The notes: generated by a model from the sequence alone, not told the origin. Positions 25,861-39,111 are shown, numbered from the stretch's first letter. The stretch is DNA of 64,000 nucleotides from Octopus vulgaris (GCA_951406725.2 OX597827.1:36766001-36830000), one strand, 5' to 3'. A program made the numbers and translations.

Positions 25861-26275
25861 ATATTAAGTGTCGGAAGAAATGGAGCTGAACGAAGATTTA
25901 ACAAAATTCCTTTATATTATTTTCTACATATGTTTCGAAGGCTGCAAAGTCCCTAATTCGGATTGAATAAGGAGTCCATTTTGCAGCCTTCTCTTCAGGA
26001 AAATCCAGGAACTTAATTAAGTTCCTGGATTTTCCAGGACTTTGCAGCCTTCGAAACATATGTAGAAAATAATATAAAGGAATTTTGTTAAATCTTCGTT
26101 CAGCTCCATTTCTTCCTACACTTAATATATAAAACTTCAAATTTCCGCACTAAGGCACGGTTTTTATGCCCCATGGTCGTAACTTCAACCGTGCTTTTTC
26201 TGTTGTGATTTTTGCTACCCAGGTATCGGTTATCATTTGAATTATCCGTAATAAGATAATTCATTTATCTACTTC
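25861..26275 (+). mobile_element. PLE-related fold-back insertion with single-copy tail
   Basis: Palindrome centred on ttaa|ttaa at 26016/26017 (25861-26130), tail homologous to the reverse complement of 26860-27005, (TA)n on both flanks. Confidence 0.8.
25922..26001 (-). ncRNA. hammerhead ribozyme
   Basis: uuc CUGAAGA gaaggcugcaaa..uuugcagccuuc GAAA cauaug UA gaa: 12-bp stem II, palindromic stem III. Confidence 0.85.
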
Positions 26276-26277
26276 AA

Positions 26278-26336
<59 letters not shown>

Positions 26337-26343
26337 TATATAA

Positions 26344-26852
<509 letters not shown>

Positions 26853-27064
26853 GTGAAATAGAAAGATGAATAATCTTGCTGCAGATTAATCAAAAGTTTA
26901 ACCGATACCTTGGTAGCAAAAATCACAGCAGAAGACAGCACGGTTGGAGGTACACCCATATGGTGTTGCAACCGTGCGTTGGTGCGGATAATTGAATTTT
27001 AATATTATTAGTGAATTGAAGAAATGGAGTTGAACGAAGATTGAACAGAAATCGTTTTATTGCA

Positions 27065-27144
27065 TTCTACACGTGTTTCGAAAGCCACAATTTAGCAAAT
27101 TCCGATTGAATAAGGAGACCATATTGTGTCTTTCTCTTCAGGAA
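27065..27144 (-). ncRNA. hammerhead ribozyme (left arm)
   Basis: uuc CUGAAGA gaaagacacaau..auuguggcuuuc GAAA cacgug UA gaa. Confidence 0.85.
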
Positions 27145-27716
27145 GAAATAGGAATTCCGTTGGCAAAAACAAAAACAGAACAGAGGCGCAGCAAAACAAA
27201 TCGAACGAGGCTCCTAAGGGCCCATGGCCAAACTGTTTATCAATGTATGTTAAAATCGGGTGGTGGGTGCGTTGAAGATTTTAACAGGTCAGGCAGCGGT
27301 CATTCCGGTGGGTGAAAGCACGGGGTGCGTAGATGTTCTTTGTGACCGAGACTAAGGTTCTGACTATTTAAAGAATATTAGGTGTATTATATGGGGCGAG
27401 AAAAAATCTACTTAGAAACATGTGTGTGTGAACTGTTCTATATGTGCGTGGCCGCAAGTTGGTAAAAGGCGCTACACACTGGTCATTGCTGAAAAATCCG
27501 TCAGGCGGCAGAAAATTTATGTGTGCGTGTGTTCGTCTAATCATGCTTTGTCAAAAAAAAACCCCCGTCGTCAAAACAAAACACCATTCGCCTACTGGGA
27601 GTAATTCCCCTTGCAATGGTTAATCATATTTCTCTTAAAAAGCTTTTTCAAAATTTATTTCCAAGGGCTATTTTCATATAAGTAGGGTAACCGGGTGCAG
27701 GTATCATTTATAAGCG

Positions 27717-28640
27717 TCATTTATAAGCAAGATAAGTATAACGCCGCCAATGGGGGCATCGAAAAGCCGACTGTAAAAGTCCGTTTACCATCCGGTCTCT
27801 GGCGAACAATATATGGAAAAGCTCGGAGACGCAAAGGTTGCACTTCCTTCTGCCCCTATCAAATGGGAGGGCCACCGACAAAATTAACCATTCCAGCCTG
27901 TAGCTTGAGTTCGTATTCTTCAATCGCCATATTAGCTTGCTAAGACCCGTGGTCTGGCATTTATTCACGTCGCGAAAAGTTGCGTAATGGTTGGAGATTC
28001 GTAAGGCCAATTTTGACGATGAGGCCCCGACATATGAGTAGACATCTGAGTCCATGCAAACCTTGCATTGGTAGACGGCGTTTCTGATCTTGGAGTTCCC
28101 CGACGTGAACCTTATTCTATTAGGATTAGTTTCTGAAATTAGAACTGCGTTACTGTTACTATATTTGTTGCGAGAACTGCAGCCGCTTACTAATTTATTT
28201 TCCACTAAGTCACTATTAACTAACGGAATAACCCCAGATTCTACACTATCACTCAGAGTGCTGTAATTGCTAGTGCCCGTGGTACTGCTATTGCCGGAAA
28301 CGATGCTGGAGTTGCTATTGGGACTCTCTACCCTAATGGGCCGAGTTGCGCTCACCTCACTACTGCCATTGTTACCGTTAATGACATCACCCTTATTTAT
28401 ATCTATACCCCTAGTATATAATCCCTGGTTGGAGCTGAGATTATCAGTCACTGTACTGGCTCTCATATCATTATTACTACTATTATTATTCCTACTGAGC
28501 GTTAAACCGGGAGCGGAAGAAGCTGTGCCTCCGGAAAAAGGTGATAGGGTCTTAGTAAGCAGCCTATTATTATGGGAGGCGATTATCTGGGCGAGGTTTT
28601 TAGTGTTGGAGAAAGCTATCCTAACTTTATGCGAGTTTTT
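27717..28640 (-). CDS. PLE ORF C-terminus: RT thumb end, S/N-rich linker, GIY-YIG endonuclease
   Basis: KVRIAFSNTKNLAQIIASHNNRLL; AVYQC..YVG..ALRISNH..F; LSKLIW.LK; CNLCVSE; MVN..CPH; no stop codons. Confidence 0.88.
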   Translation of the reverse strand, partial: KNSHKVRIAFSNTKNLAQIIASHNNRLLTKTLSPFSGGTASSAPGLTLSRNNNSSNNDMRASTVTDNLSSNQGLYTRGIDINKGDVINGNNGSSEVSATRPIRVESPNSNSSIVSGNSSTTGTSNYSTLSDSVESGVIPLVNSDLVENKLVSGCSSRNKYSNSNAVLISETNPNRIRFTSGNSKIRNAVYQCKVCMDSDVYSYVGASSSKLALRISNHYATFRDVNKCQTTGLSKLIWRLKNTNSSYRLEWLILSVALPFDRGRRKCNLCVSELFHILFARDRMVNGLLQSAFRCPHWRRYTYLAYK

Positions 28641-29050
28641 TTGACAAAGCATGATTAGACGAAAACACGCACACATAAATTTTCTGCCGCCTGACGGATT
28701 TTTCAGCAGTGACCAGTGTGTAGCGCCTTTTACCAACTTGCGGCCGCGCACATATAGAACAGTTCATACACACATGTTTCTAAGTAGATTTTTTCTCGCC
28801 CCATATAATACACCTAATATTCTTTAAATAGTCAGAACCTTAGTCTCGGTCACAAAGAACATCTACGCACCCCGTGCTCTCACCCACCGGAATGACCACT
28901 GCCTGACCTGTTAAAATCTTCAACGCACCCACCACCCGATTTTAACATACATTGATAAACAGTTTGGCCATGGGCCCTTAGGAGCCTCGTTCGATTTGTT
29001 TTGCTGCGCCTCTGTTCTGTTTTTGTTTTTGCCAACGGAATTCCTATTTC

Positions 29051-29130
29051 TTCCTGAAGAGAAAGACACAATATGGTCTCCTTATTCAATCGGAATTTGC
29101 TAAATTGTGGCTTTCGAAACACGTGTAGAA
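29051..29130 (+). ncRNA. hammerhead ribozyme (right arm)
   Basis: Same motif as 27065-27144 on the opposite strand. Confidence 0.85.
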
Positions 29131-29230
29131 TGCAATAAAACGATTTCTGTTCAATCTTCGTTCAACTCCATTTCTTCAATTCACTAATAATATATATATA
29201 TATATATATATATACGTATATATATATATA

Positions 29231-29460
29231 AATAGTTGCACCGTGGAAGGTGTTTATAAGCCATTTAAGAAACGCAGAAAACTGTTAGATTCACTTCAAC
29301 GTTTAAATTTAATTTGCCAAAATATTTTCGTCGCTTTGAGACCGCGACTTGTTCACTGACGCGTTTCTTAAATGGCTTATAAACACATTCCACGGTGCAA
29401 CTGTTTTCGTTCCAGCACACGCTGAACCCTAATTATAATTATGCTTATAATTATAGAATT
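29231..29460. mobile_element. fold-back element with G3-C8 HHR variant in the loop
   Basis: Arms 29231-29276 / 29361-29406; 29316-29360 minus reads guca GUGAACA a-gucgc..gcgac GAAA auau UU uggc. Confidence 0.65.
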
Positions 29461-29967
29461 TTTGTATGTATGTATGTATGTATGTATGTATGTATGTATG
29501 TATGTATGTATGTATGTATGTATGTATCATCGATCATCCCTCAACCCTTGTTCTTCATTTATTATATTCACCATTATCAATTCCCTATCTCTAAACCTCC
29601 CTCACGTTACCCATACACTCTTGCGACGCCTACCCACTGCACTTTCTATTTTTCTCTCCTCACCCACTTCTGTTCATCTTGTGCCTTCACGGTTGCCCCT
29701 GGCACACCATCCCCACTATTCCATCTCTCTTTCCAGTTTCATCCTATTTACTCCTATCCACTCTTCTGTGAAGTGGTTAGGGTTAGGGTTAGCTCCTCTA
29801 CAGCAAGCAAACTCTTCTGTTCTGGCCTCTTCTTTCGTACTTTAATCTGCCAGCTCCTAGCATAAAACCGACTCCTTCTCAACTGTAGCACCATTTATTC
29901 GCAAGGGATCATAGTCTTTCATGTTGCATGGCGACCTCATGAGTAAAGGTGTTATATATATATATAT

Positions 29968-30358
29968 TCTCTTTTACTCTTTTACTTGTTTCAGTCATTT
30001 GACTGCGGCCATGCTGGAGCACCGCCTTTAATCGAGCAACTCGATCTCGGGACTTATTCTTTTGTAAGCCCAGTACTTATTCTATCGGTCTCTTTTGCCG
30101 AACCGCTAAGTAACGGGGACATAAACACACCAGCATCGGTTGCCAAGCAATGCTAGGGGGACAAACACAGACACACACACACTCATATATATATACATAT
30201 ATACGACAGGCTTCTTTCAGTTTCCGTCTACCAAATGCACTCACAAGGCTTTGGTCGGCCCGAGGCTATAGTAGAAGACACTTGCCCAAGGTGCCACGCA
30301 GTGAGACTGAACCCGGAACCATGTGGTTGGTAAACAAGCTACTTACCACACAGCCACT
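29968..30358 (-). mobile_element. family A SINE
   Basis: Closely similar to 378-780. Confidence 0.9.
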
Positions 30359-30502
30359 AGACTCTGTAAAAGGATTAGCATTAAGAAGGGCATCCAGCCG
30401 TAAAGTCCGTGCCAAAATGGACATTGGAGTACGATGCAGTCCTTGGATCAGTGGATTTGTCCATTCCGTGCAGGCATGGCAGATTGACGTTAAAAGACAC
30501 TG

Positions 30503-30561
30503 ATGATACATACATACATACACACACATAAATATATAAATGTGTGTATATATACATATAC

Positions 30562-30612
<51 letters not shown>

Positions 30613-30627
30613 CATACACATACACAC

Positions 30628-30705
<78 letters not shown>

Positions 30706-31032
30706 ATACGTATGCGAGTAAATTACGTGTATGTATATTTAAATAAACACACGTGTACGCATACACATGAAAAGCAATGTGTGTGTGTAAATGCTGCTGG
30801 TCGCCGAAATAATCCTGGTTAATCGAAGTTTTCCAGCTCCCTATGTTACATGTGTGATATTACCGTATGTGTATTTAGTATGGAGAAGACTCTACTGTCA
30901 TACCTGTACATAATATATGGCATACATACATATACCGCATATGAACACAAATACACAATTACATATGTAAACAAATACACTGCCTCACTGAATCATATAC
31001 TTATAGAAGAGTCTACACACATATTTACAAGT

Positions 31033-31067
<35 letters not shown>

Positions 31068-31702
31068 GTGTGTGCGTACGTGCTTACATTCCCGTGTGTG
31101 TGTGTGTATAGATATAAATATGCATTTATACATACACACATTTGTTTGCGTAAACATAATACTCGGATATATTTAAATACACCAACATGCACGTACAAAC
31201 ACAGGTAAACATACAATAATTATATAAGTACGTATGTTTACGCATACATACACACATATGTATATATAATCCAAGGCAAATATATACCCATATAATACAT
31301 GCATATCTACAAGTACTTATGTTTACCAATGTATTCATGCTCGCATGCACATTCTTGCATATTCTTTAGGTATGTTTACACACAGAAAAATCCAAAACAT
31401 ACACACGCTCGCATGCACATTTCATTACATCCTACATTCATGCAGCACACATACAAATACAAAAAAATGCATATATATGCAGTTATCTATGTTTATATAT
31501 ACGCACAGACACTTGGACGTACAGAGATTCAATCTCACACACGCGCGCGATGTGAATACGCTTACACAATCGAAGATTGGGATAAACACATTCTCCTATT
31601 CCGCTTCTTCTCTTTCTCTCTCTCCCATACATACACAGAAACAGTATATGTTTAGACAAACAGAAGCGTATATGCAGTGATACACAATTACACATATACC
31701 TA

Positions 31703-31760
<58 letters not shown>

Positions 31761-31814
31761 AATAAATGTGTATGTGTGTACATGTGCGTTCACACACACA
31801 TATAAATATATAAA

Positions 31815-31848
<34 letters not shown>

Positions 31849-31876
31849 CACACACACATACATACAAATATATAAA

Positions 31877-31914
<38 letters not shown>

Positions 31915-32150
31915 CATACATACACATGTATAAGTGCATACTTATTTGTGTGTGCATGTGTGTGTTTGTGTGTATTAAACACATACACTCCCACAAGTCT
32001 AGGAGCAAGAGTAATAGTGAAACTAATATAACGAAAGGGAGAGTAAAATGGAACGCACGCATGAGAGAGAGAGAGTAGAGAGTAGAGAGTAGAGAGAGAG
32101 AGAGTAGAGAGAAGAGAGAGAGAGAGAGAAAGAAAGAGAGAGAGAGAGAG
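30503..32150. repeat. compound TA/CA/GA microsatellite field upstream of the gene
   Basis: Multiple dinucleotide runs; GA-rich tract immediately 5' of the ATG. Confidence 0.9.
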
Positions 32151-32206
32151 CAAGGAGTGATAGTGAGTTTGAGAGAGCTAGCGAGGGAGTGAGAAGGCAC
32201 AGCAAC

Positions 32207-33123
32207 ATGGCGTGTTATCAAGGTAACGCGAGATGCGCTCTGGCGCTTGTCGTGCCATTTTACTTGGTGACAGTGTTGGTTAGCGGTAAAATTTTCACTA
32301 GTTCTTCTCGGGAAAACAACTTAGTAGTACTTGATGCCACTTTGGGATCGTTGCACAAGCAATTCGGACAGCTAGCAGCTCGTTTCCGAAGGGAATTTTC
32401 ATCGTCTGATGCTGCTGCGGCCGCTGATGTTGACGTTGCCGCCGCTGCCGCCGCCGCCGCAGCCGCCGCACACAGCCGAACGTGGTTCTCAGGACACGAT
32501 GACAACGACGATGATGATGATGAAGGTAATGACGACGACGACGATGGTGCTGCTGTTGCTGCAGGTGATGATGATAACAATGATGGTGATGATGCTGCTG
32601 CTGATGGCAGTAGCGACCACAGCAATAATAATAATAACAACAACGACAACAAACGACGGCAACAACAACAACAACAACAACAACGTGAAAACCGCAATCA
32701 TCGCAAACAACATCATCACCATCATCAACAACACAACCATAACAAAAGCAACAACAACAACAACAACAACAACCATAATCAAAATAATTACCATCACAAC
32801 AGTAATAACGATGACAACGACACAACAGGTGTTCGACCCACAGCTACATCTTCGGACGACGACCGTCATCACCACCATCACCACCATAACGGCAACAACG
32901 AAAACAGCAGCGCCAACAATAACAACAACAACAACAACAAACCCATCGAGAACGAAGAGAGGGATGCTGGCAGAGGCCCTTGGGAGGAAAGTGTATATTT
33001 AGGAAAGGGCAAAAGTACAGGTGATGATAGCGTCAGCCCTGTTCCTCCCCCTCCATCATCGTCGTCGTCATCATCATCAACATCGACATCATCATCATCC
33101 TCATCATCGTCACCATCATTATC

Positions 33124-33157
<34 letters not shown>

Positions 33158-33265
33158 AAGACAGAAAGTAAAAGGGAAGGTCAGAGTCTGTTGACAAGTT
33201 ATGTCAATCTCCCTGATTGGAATCATAATGAAGCTATCGTTCACTGGTCCGGCAACAAAAGCAAT
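32207..33265 (+). CDS. exon 1 of a VPS10-domain receptor (SorCS-like; SorLA not excluded)
   Basis: caacATGG start, hydrophobic signal peptide, furin-type RFRR, and C-terminal LPDWNHNEAIVHWSGNKSN resembling HNQAMVHWSG (SorCS) and HNQMVVHWAGEKSN (SorLA). Ends in phase 0 at a GTAAGT donor; 353 codons. Confidence 0.85.
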
Positions 33266-33567
33266 GTAAGTTATATTTAACTGTTTTAACTTCAATATCA
33301 ACGTCCTTATTTTTATGTAACTCCCATATCTGCGAGTGTGTGTGTGTATGTGTGTATGTGTGTGTGTATGAGTGTGTGTATGTGTGTTAATATTGTTTCT
33401 TTTTCCTTTCTTTCTTTCTTCTCTCTCTCTCCCTCTCCGTGCACAAACATATATATCGCTGTGTGTGTGTGTGTGTGTTCCACACACATTCAAAGAACAT
33501 ATACACACTGCCACGTGCACGAACATATAGAGGTGTGTGTAAGTTTGTGTCTAAACATTCATTTTCT

Positions 33568-33624
<57 letters not shown>

Positions 33625-35863
33625 GTGTGTGTTTGTTTGTTGTATACATGAACACACACATATCAACAAAAGAACTGGTCTTAAAATTTTACAAAATGCT
33701 ACTGTTTATAGAATCCATGTATGAAGTTTTGGTTTTCTTGCTGAGCAAGTAGGCATCATTATGTCAGTTGATGCATCATTTCTTTTGATAAATAGTAGAA
33801 TGAAAAAAAAAAAAAAAATGAAAACTGGATCACTAACAACTCCACTTACCAGAAACTTCCTTCAGTTATCCCACAGATTCACTTAGAAGGAAGCCATGAT
33901 CGTTACTACTTCTATTTTCCCCTCTCATGTAAATTTAATAAATTTACTTTCTTAGATTAGGCAACCAAGTAAAATATCATTATTAGTAGTTTTTAAAATT
34001 TATTTTATGATTTATCTAAGGTGGAAAGGCTGTGGTCCTCACCTTGGCTGGTCGTCTGGGACTCATGAAATTGATTGGATTTATGCTTGTCTGTGGAAAA
34101 AGTTGTGCAGAAACTGTGGGAACATAAGGTTTAGTTTTGTTGTCCTCATGTTTTAAGTTCTAATATTGCTGTATTCCACTTCCATATTTACATGTCCTGG
34201 GTCGATAAAATATATACAGGATACTAGATCTTTTTTAACTTCAAGTTATCCTTGAACAAGTAGATCTATAATCAAAGGAATTCTAACCATGACTATCCCG
34301 TCTGCATTTTTTGAATATCTGAGATGTTATCCAACATATTCTTCCTTTGAATGATCAGTTGTGAGTTGAAGGAATATTTTACAATTTGTAGCAAGTTGTG
34401 GAATCTCATAGAGGCATCCTAATTGGCTTGTATAGATACCAGTAATTTCATGTGGTTATTTCATGCATTTATATTTGCTTCCTTTGGAAATTGTCCCCCT
34501 GTGGATGTTGTTTGGAATGCCTTGTGACTAAGGAATATATCTGCCAGGTGCTAATGATGGTGGTGCTTGACCGTCACAGTTTTTTTTTTTTTTTAGATAT
34601 TGTGTGTCTAGAACTACAATATCCAATGGGTCTTTGTTTTTTAAGTGAAATATAACTACTTTTCTAGCAGGACAGATGATTTATGTGGTAATGGTGTAAA
34701 ATCTATATATGCCCACCTCAACAAAGCCCTATTTATTTTTTAAGGAACAGTGTTGTGGTTCAGATTTATGGTGTTAACTGGATGAGAGTTCAGTCTGCTT
34801 CAGGTTAGAGCAGTAATCTTTAGTGAACATTTCTAGATACTCCAGTACCTATCCTGACTTGTGTTGAAAAAAGTGTTCTGTCTACATACACGATGTAACA
34901 CTCGTTAACATCAGATATGAATTCATGACCAGTATGTATCGAATACTTTACCTCTAAACAATTGTGCAAGCGATGCTGTTGTGAAATGAACAGAAATGAT
35001 GTTGATCGGGAAAATAAATTAGTTTCTTAATTAGTTTAGCTCAATTAGATTCTGTTTTATCTTTTTTGAATTATTATATTTTATTTTTTTTAATTTTTAT
35101 TATTTACAAACATTTGGTAAATAATTAAGAGAACTGGTAAAGTGTCAAACAAAACGCTTTGCAGTATTTATTCCATCTCTTTGTGTTCTGAATTCAAATT
35201 CCACCTGGATAAACTTTGTTTTTCCTCTTCCCCGGGTTGGTAAAGTACTGGTCAAATACAGGGGTCAGAGCAATCAACTAAAATGTGTCCCACCAAATTT
35301 CTGGCCTTGTGCTTATGCAAGAAAAAGTCATTAATAGAAAACTTTTTACTGCTTTTTTACTCTACTAATCCCCTTTCTCTCTTATACAATTTCTCCCCAC
35401 CCCCGTTTCACTCTTCCTTTCCCTTCCTCCTCTCTCTCCCTTGCTCTTTCATTTTCTTCTTTCACTTGTTATTTAATCGTTCTCCCACCTTTTGTATCTT
35501 CTAAATCCTTATCTTCCTTTATCTTTCTCTGACTCTACCACTATTGCTCTGTCCCCACACTTATTTATCTCTGTCTGCCCCTATCTGCCACTGTTCATCC
35601 CTGTTTATTACTGTCCACTCTGATCTGTTGTCCTGCCTCTTTATTATACTCTTTCATAGTTTCTGATTCTCTGTATGTGGGTATATAAGTGTGTACATGC
35701 ACAGATGTGCATCAATATATGTGTGAGCATATGTGTGTATATATGAGTGGGAATATGCATGTGTGTATATGCATATGTGTATGTTTGTATATGTATATAG
35801 ATGTGTGAAAGCATGAATATGTATAGATGTATGTATGCACCTGTGAGTGGATGTATGTGTATA

Positions 35864-36717
35864 CAGGATGCGGTGAATGTATTGTCATCTAAATTATGCA
35901 AAAATGAAAATAACACTGACATCTCATTTTAACAGATAGATTTACCAAAATATTCTGAAATACTAGAGAGTATATTTATTAAATAAAATCACCACTGGCT
36001 TCGACCATGGCCTCCACACAACTTTGGAATCTTCTGCAACTCTTCTGGATAGTCTCCTTGTTTAAGTTGGTGAATGCTGCCATAATCCTTGCCTTCAGTT
36101 CATATTTGGTGTTACAAGGAGTTTTGTTGGTCTCTTGCTCAACTGTGCCCCACACATAATAATCAAGGGGATTGCAGTCTGAGGAGTTAGGTGGCCAGAT
36201 GTTAGAGGTGATGTCACAGAAATTGTCTGACAGCCATGACTGGGTTCTCTTGCTTGGTGCGGAGTTGTGTTGCCAGACATAGGATCTTCCAGCAGCCATC
36301 CCCTTGACCCAGGGCTGCACTACCTCCTCCAGGCACTTGATGTAGGCCCCTGTGTTGAGTCTGAGGCCATAAAAATAAATGGCTGCAAAATGTCACCATC
36401 ACTAGTGATCCTTTCAAACACCATGATGTTGGCTGGATGTTTGATTTTTATCACTCTCAGTACATGTCTCAGATTGCACTGTCATCAGATTGACACCCAA
36501 ACACTTTGAAATGTTTGTATTGGAGATTCCGGTGGGAATGCCAAGCAGTACAGCATGTCATTTCCAAATTTCTGGCAGAGTGAATTGCATCATGGTGCTG
36601 TTTTTCTCACAGATGGTGCCCAACTGACCCTAGTGTAGTTGGCAAAATCAAAAACAAACAATGCACATGCACGAAATTAAAGATATAAAATGGCAACAAT
36701 TTACCCATCAAACCCTG
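35864..36717 (-). mobile_element. Tc1/mariner maT (DD37D-like) element, decayed
   Basis: YVWQHNSAPS..TQSWL..WPPNSSDCNPLDYYVWG; TA-flanked cagg / cctg ends. Confidence 0.8.
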
Positions 36718-36805
36718 TACTTTTGTATAAATATGTATGTATATGGATGTTTATGCTTATATTCAAATATAAATGTTTATGTGTATGTACACTTGTATAT
36801 ATACA

Positions 36806-36838
<33 letters not shown>

Positions 36839-37084
36839 TTCTTTCTTTGGGATATAGTTAAATTGTTTTCCCTTTGCAGAATTCAAGCTGGTCTCTAACA
36901 AAGTGACAAGGCTGTTTTGTTTAAGTCAAGACAGCTCTTGGGATTTTTGGTTATTTGAATTTGTTGATGTATGTGTGTATATGTGTTAAGCAGATGTGTT
37001 CATGTATGCAGATAAATTTATACTTCATGGCCTATTTATGTATGTGTATATCATATGTGTATGTGATTTTATGTATATTTTCAC

Positions 37085-37890
37085 TTAGGAACATCAAATG
37101 GAGCATCCCTGAAATGTTTTACAAATTTTTCCCTGTTCCTCTAATTGATTGTGTCTGGAGAATGAGAAGCAGTCTGCTCTGTTATTATGTTGGAGAACTT
37201 GAGCATTTCTAGGTTTCTATGGAGATGTATTCTTACATAGTCCAGTGCAACTGTGATAATAGGTACCAATGAAAATCTGTAGTCTGGATATAAGTGCTGT
37301 GCGTTTCTTGTTAGTTTTTCATAGATGTTCGCTTTTTCTCCAGTTTTTAATGAGAAATTCATATCACTAGGCTGCTGGTGTCTTTTGCTCCCTCTCCTAC
37401 ACAACAATATCTGGCTTGTGCTTACATAATCTTGCTGTTTATATTAGAATGTTTTCATCAGTATTCTTCATTTTTTAGTAGTCATGAATAATTTCTGGTT
37501 CTTGTATGCCTTTGGTATTACTTATTGGATAATCCTTCCTGTGTGTAGCATTATAGACTGTCTTAGCTACAATGTCATGTCTCATGAGAAAGTAATATCT
37601 TTCAGACATTTTTGGACAGCTGCTGATGGTATGGCTAATATCTTCCAGGCTTGTATTACACAGTCAGCATCAATTTCTGTCACAACATGGAAGATCCAGA
37701 GACATCCTTATTTCACTTGTTAATCAGGTATTTTGTAGTAATCTCCTATTCTTGGTCAGCAAATGTGTAACCTTTTAGTTCAGATGTGATGTACTTCTCA
37801 CAGGTTCAGGAGAGGCTACAACTCTTTCCATTGTTGTTGGTTTTCTCTGGCCTGTGAGATATGACCTCCTGCATAACTCTTTGCTGTATC
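37085..37890 (-). mobile_element. R4/Dong-like LINE 3' fragment (REL endonuclease)
   Basis: EDISHTISSCPKM, RHD, YEKLTRN..LYPDYRFSLVPII; related to 61585-62480. Confidence 0.65.
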
Positions 37891-38324
37891 TTTGTATCTT
37901 TTATCTTCTACTTGTTTCAGTTTAGACTACTGCCATGTTGGGACACCACCTTGAATTTTTTAGTTGAATGAATCAACCTCAATACTTCTTTTTTAAGCTT
38001 AGCATTTATTCTATTGGTCTTTTTTTGCCAAACCACTAAGTTATGGGGATGTAAACACACCAACACCGGTTGTCAAGTGGTGGTGGGGGACAAATACAGA
38101 TAGAAAGACACACACACACATTGATATACAATGTTGTAATTGCTCAAAATGTAGAGTAGATAAACAGCTGACAACTGACATGTTTTCGTATTTCGTATTT
38201 CATGTTGCTTACGTTTTATGATGTCCTGTACCCATATATGCATATATATATACATTTATATGTAAACATGTACATACATGTATGTATATAATCATATATA
38301 TATATTATTTATATTATGTCTACA

Positions 38325-38373
<49 letters not shown>

Positions 38374-38808
38374 CACCCATGTCAACATGGAAGGCGGATG
38401 CTAAACAATGATGATGATGATGATGATATATATATATTGAATTCGACTTATTGAGTATATATGTGGATGTCCGCTTGCTTTACATGGTACAATCATGGTT
38501 GTTATTATTATTATTATTATTAATATTAATATTAATTTTATTGACTTTTGTGTGGTTATACATTTTAATAGATTGGACTGTTAAATATATATGCCTGCTT
38601 TAAATTTAAATGTGAGTGTACATGTATTTCCTTGATGTTGGTTATAGAACTATGAGTTCAATATGGAACATTATTGTGTTTGTTAATGTATATTGATATA
38701 TATTGTTTATATTGTATTATTGTGTATATATATATGTGTAGAATTATGAGTGTCTATGCACACATTTTTATATTTATATGTAAATTTTTTTCATACTTAC
38801 ATTAAATT

Positions 38809-38917
38809 CTCTGAAGAGGCCGTGAGACATTCTTGTTAATGTCTCATTTATACCTGCTTTATATGGCTAATAGGTTAAATGGGACATACCTGTCTTCACG
38901 GCCGAAACAGCTGTCAG
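38809..38917 (+). ncRNA. hammerhead ribozyme
   Basis: cu CUGAAGA ggccguga..ucacggcc GAAA cagcug UC ag: 8-bp GC-rich stem II, palindromic stem III, GUC site; stem I only 2 bp. Confidence 0.75.
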
Positions 38918-39081
38918 CTACAATGTAATTGTATTTTCTATTTCTATTTCTATGTCTAGTTATATTTGTAATATATTATGTATAATGTCATTGCTGTTGT
39001 GTAATGGTTTAATAAAGTATTGATTGGGTATTATCTGATGGTTGATGATTGATTTAGGTATGTTTCTCCATTTTCTCATTT

Positions 39082-39111
<30 letters not shown>

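Larger units (their letters stand above)
26860..29192 (-). mobile_element. 5'-truncated Penelope-like retroelement with inverted terminal repeat
   Basis: Nearly identical inverted arms 27002-27562 / 28635-29192, GIY-YIG ORF, HHR in each arm, (TA)n flanks. Confidence 0.9.

Noticed and set aside
26150-26205. Rho-independent terminator or tracrRNA-like hairpin plus T run
   Set aside because: Eukaryotic PLE tail; the T run is not conserved in the sister copy; no Cas or TnpB ORF nearby
27073-27315. Duplicated 80-aa ORF, also at 28880-29122
   Set aside because: Identity simply reflects the inverted repeat; GTG start; antisense to the PLE 3' region and HHR
29775-29792. Interstitial telomeric repeat
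   Set aside because: Only about three TTAGGG units; too short to interpret
32260-33002. Overlapping alternative-frame ORFs (poly-C/L/V/T)
   Set aside because: By-products of trinucleotide repeats in the real exon
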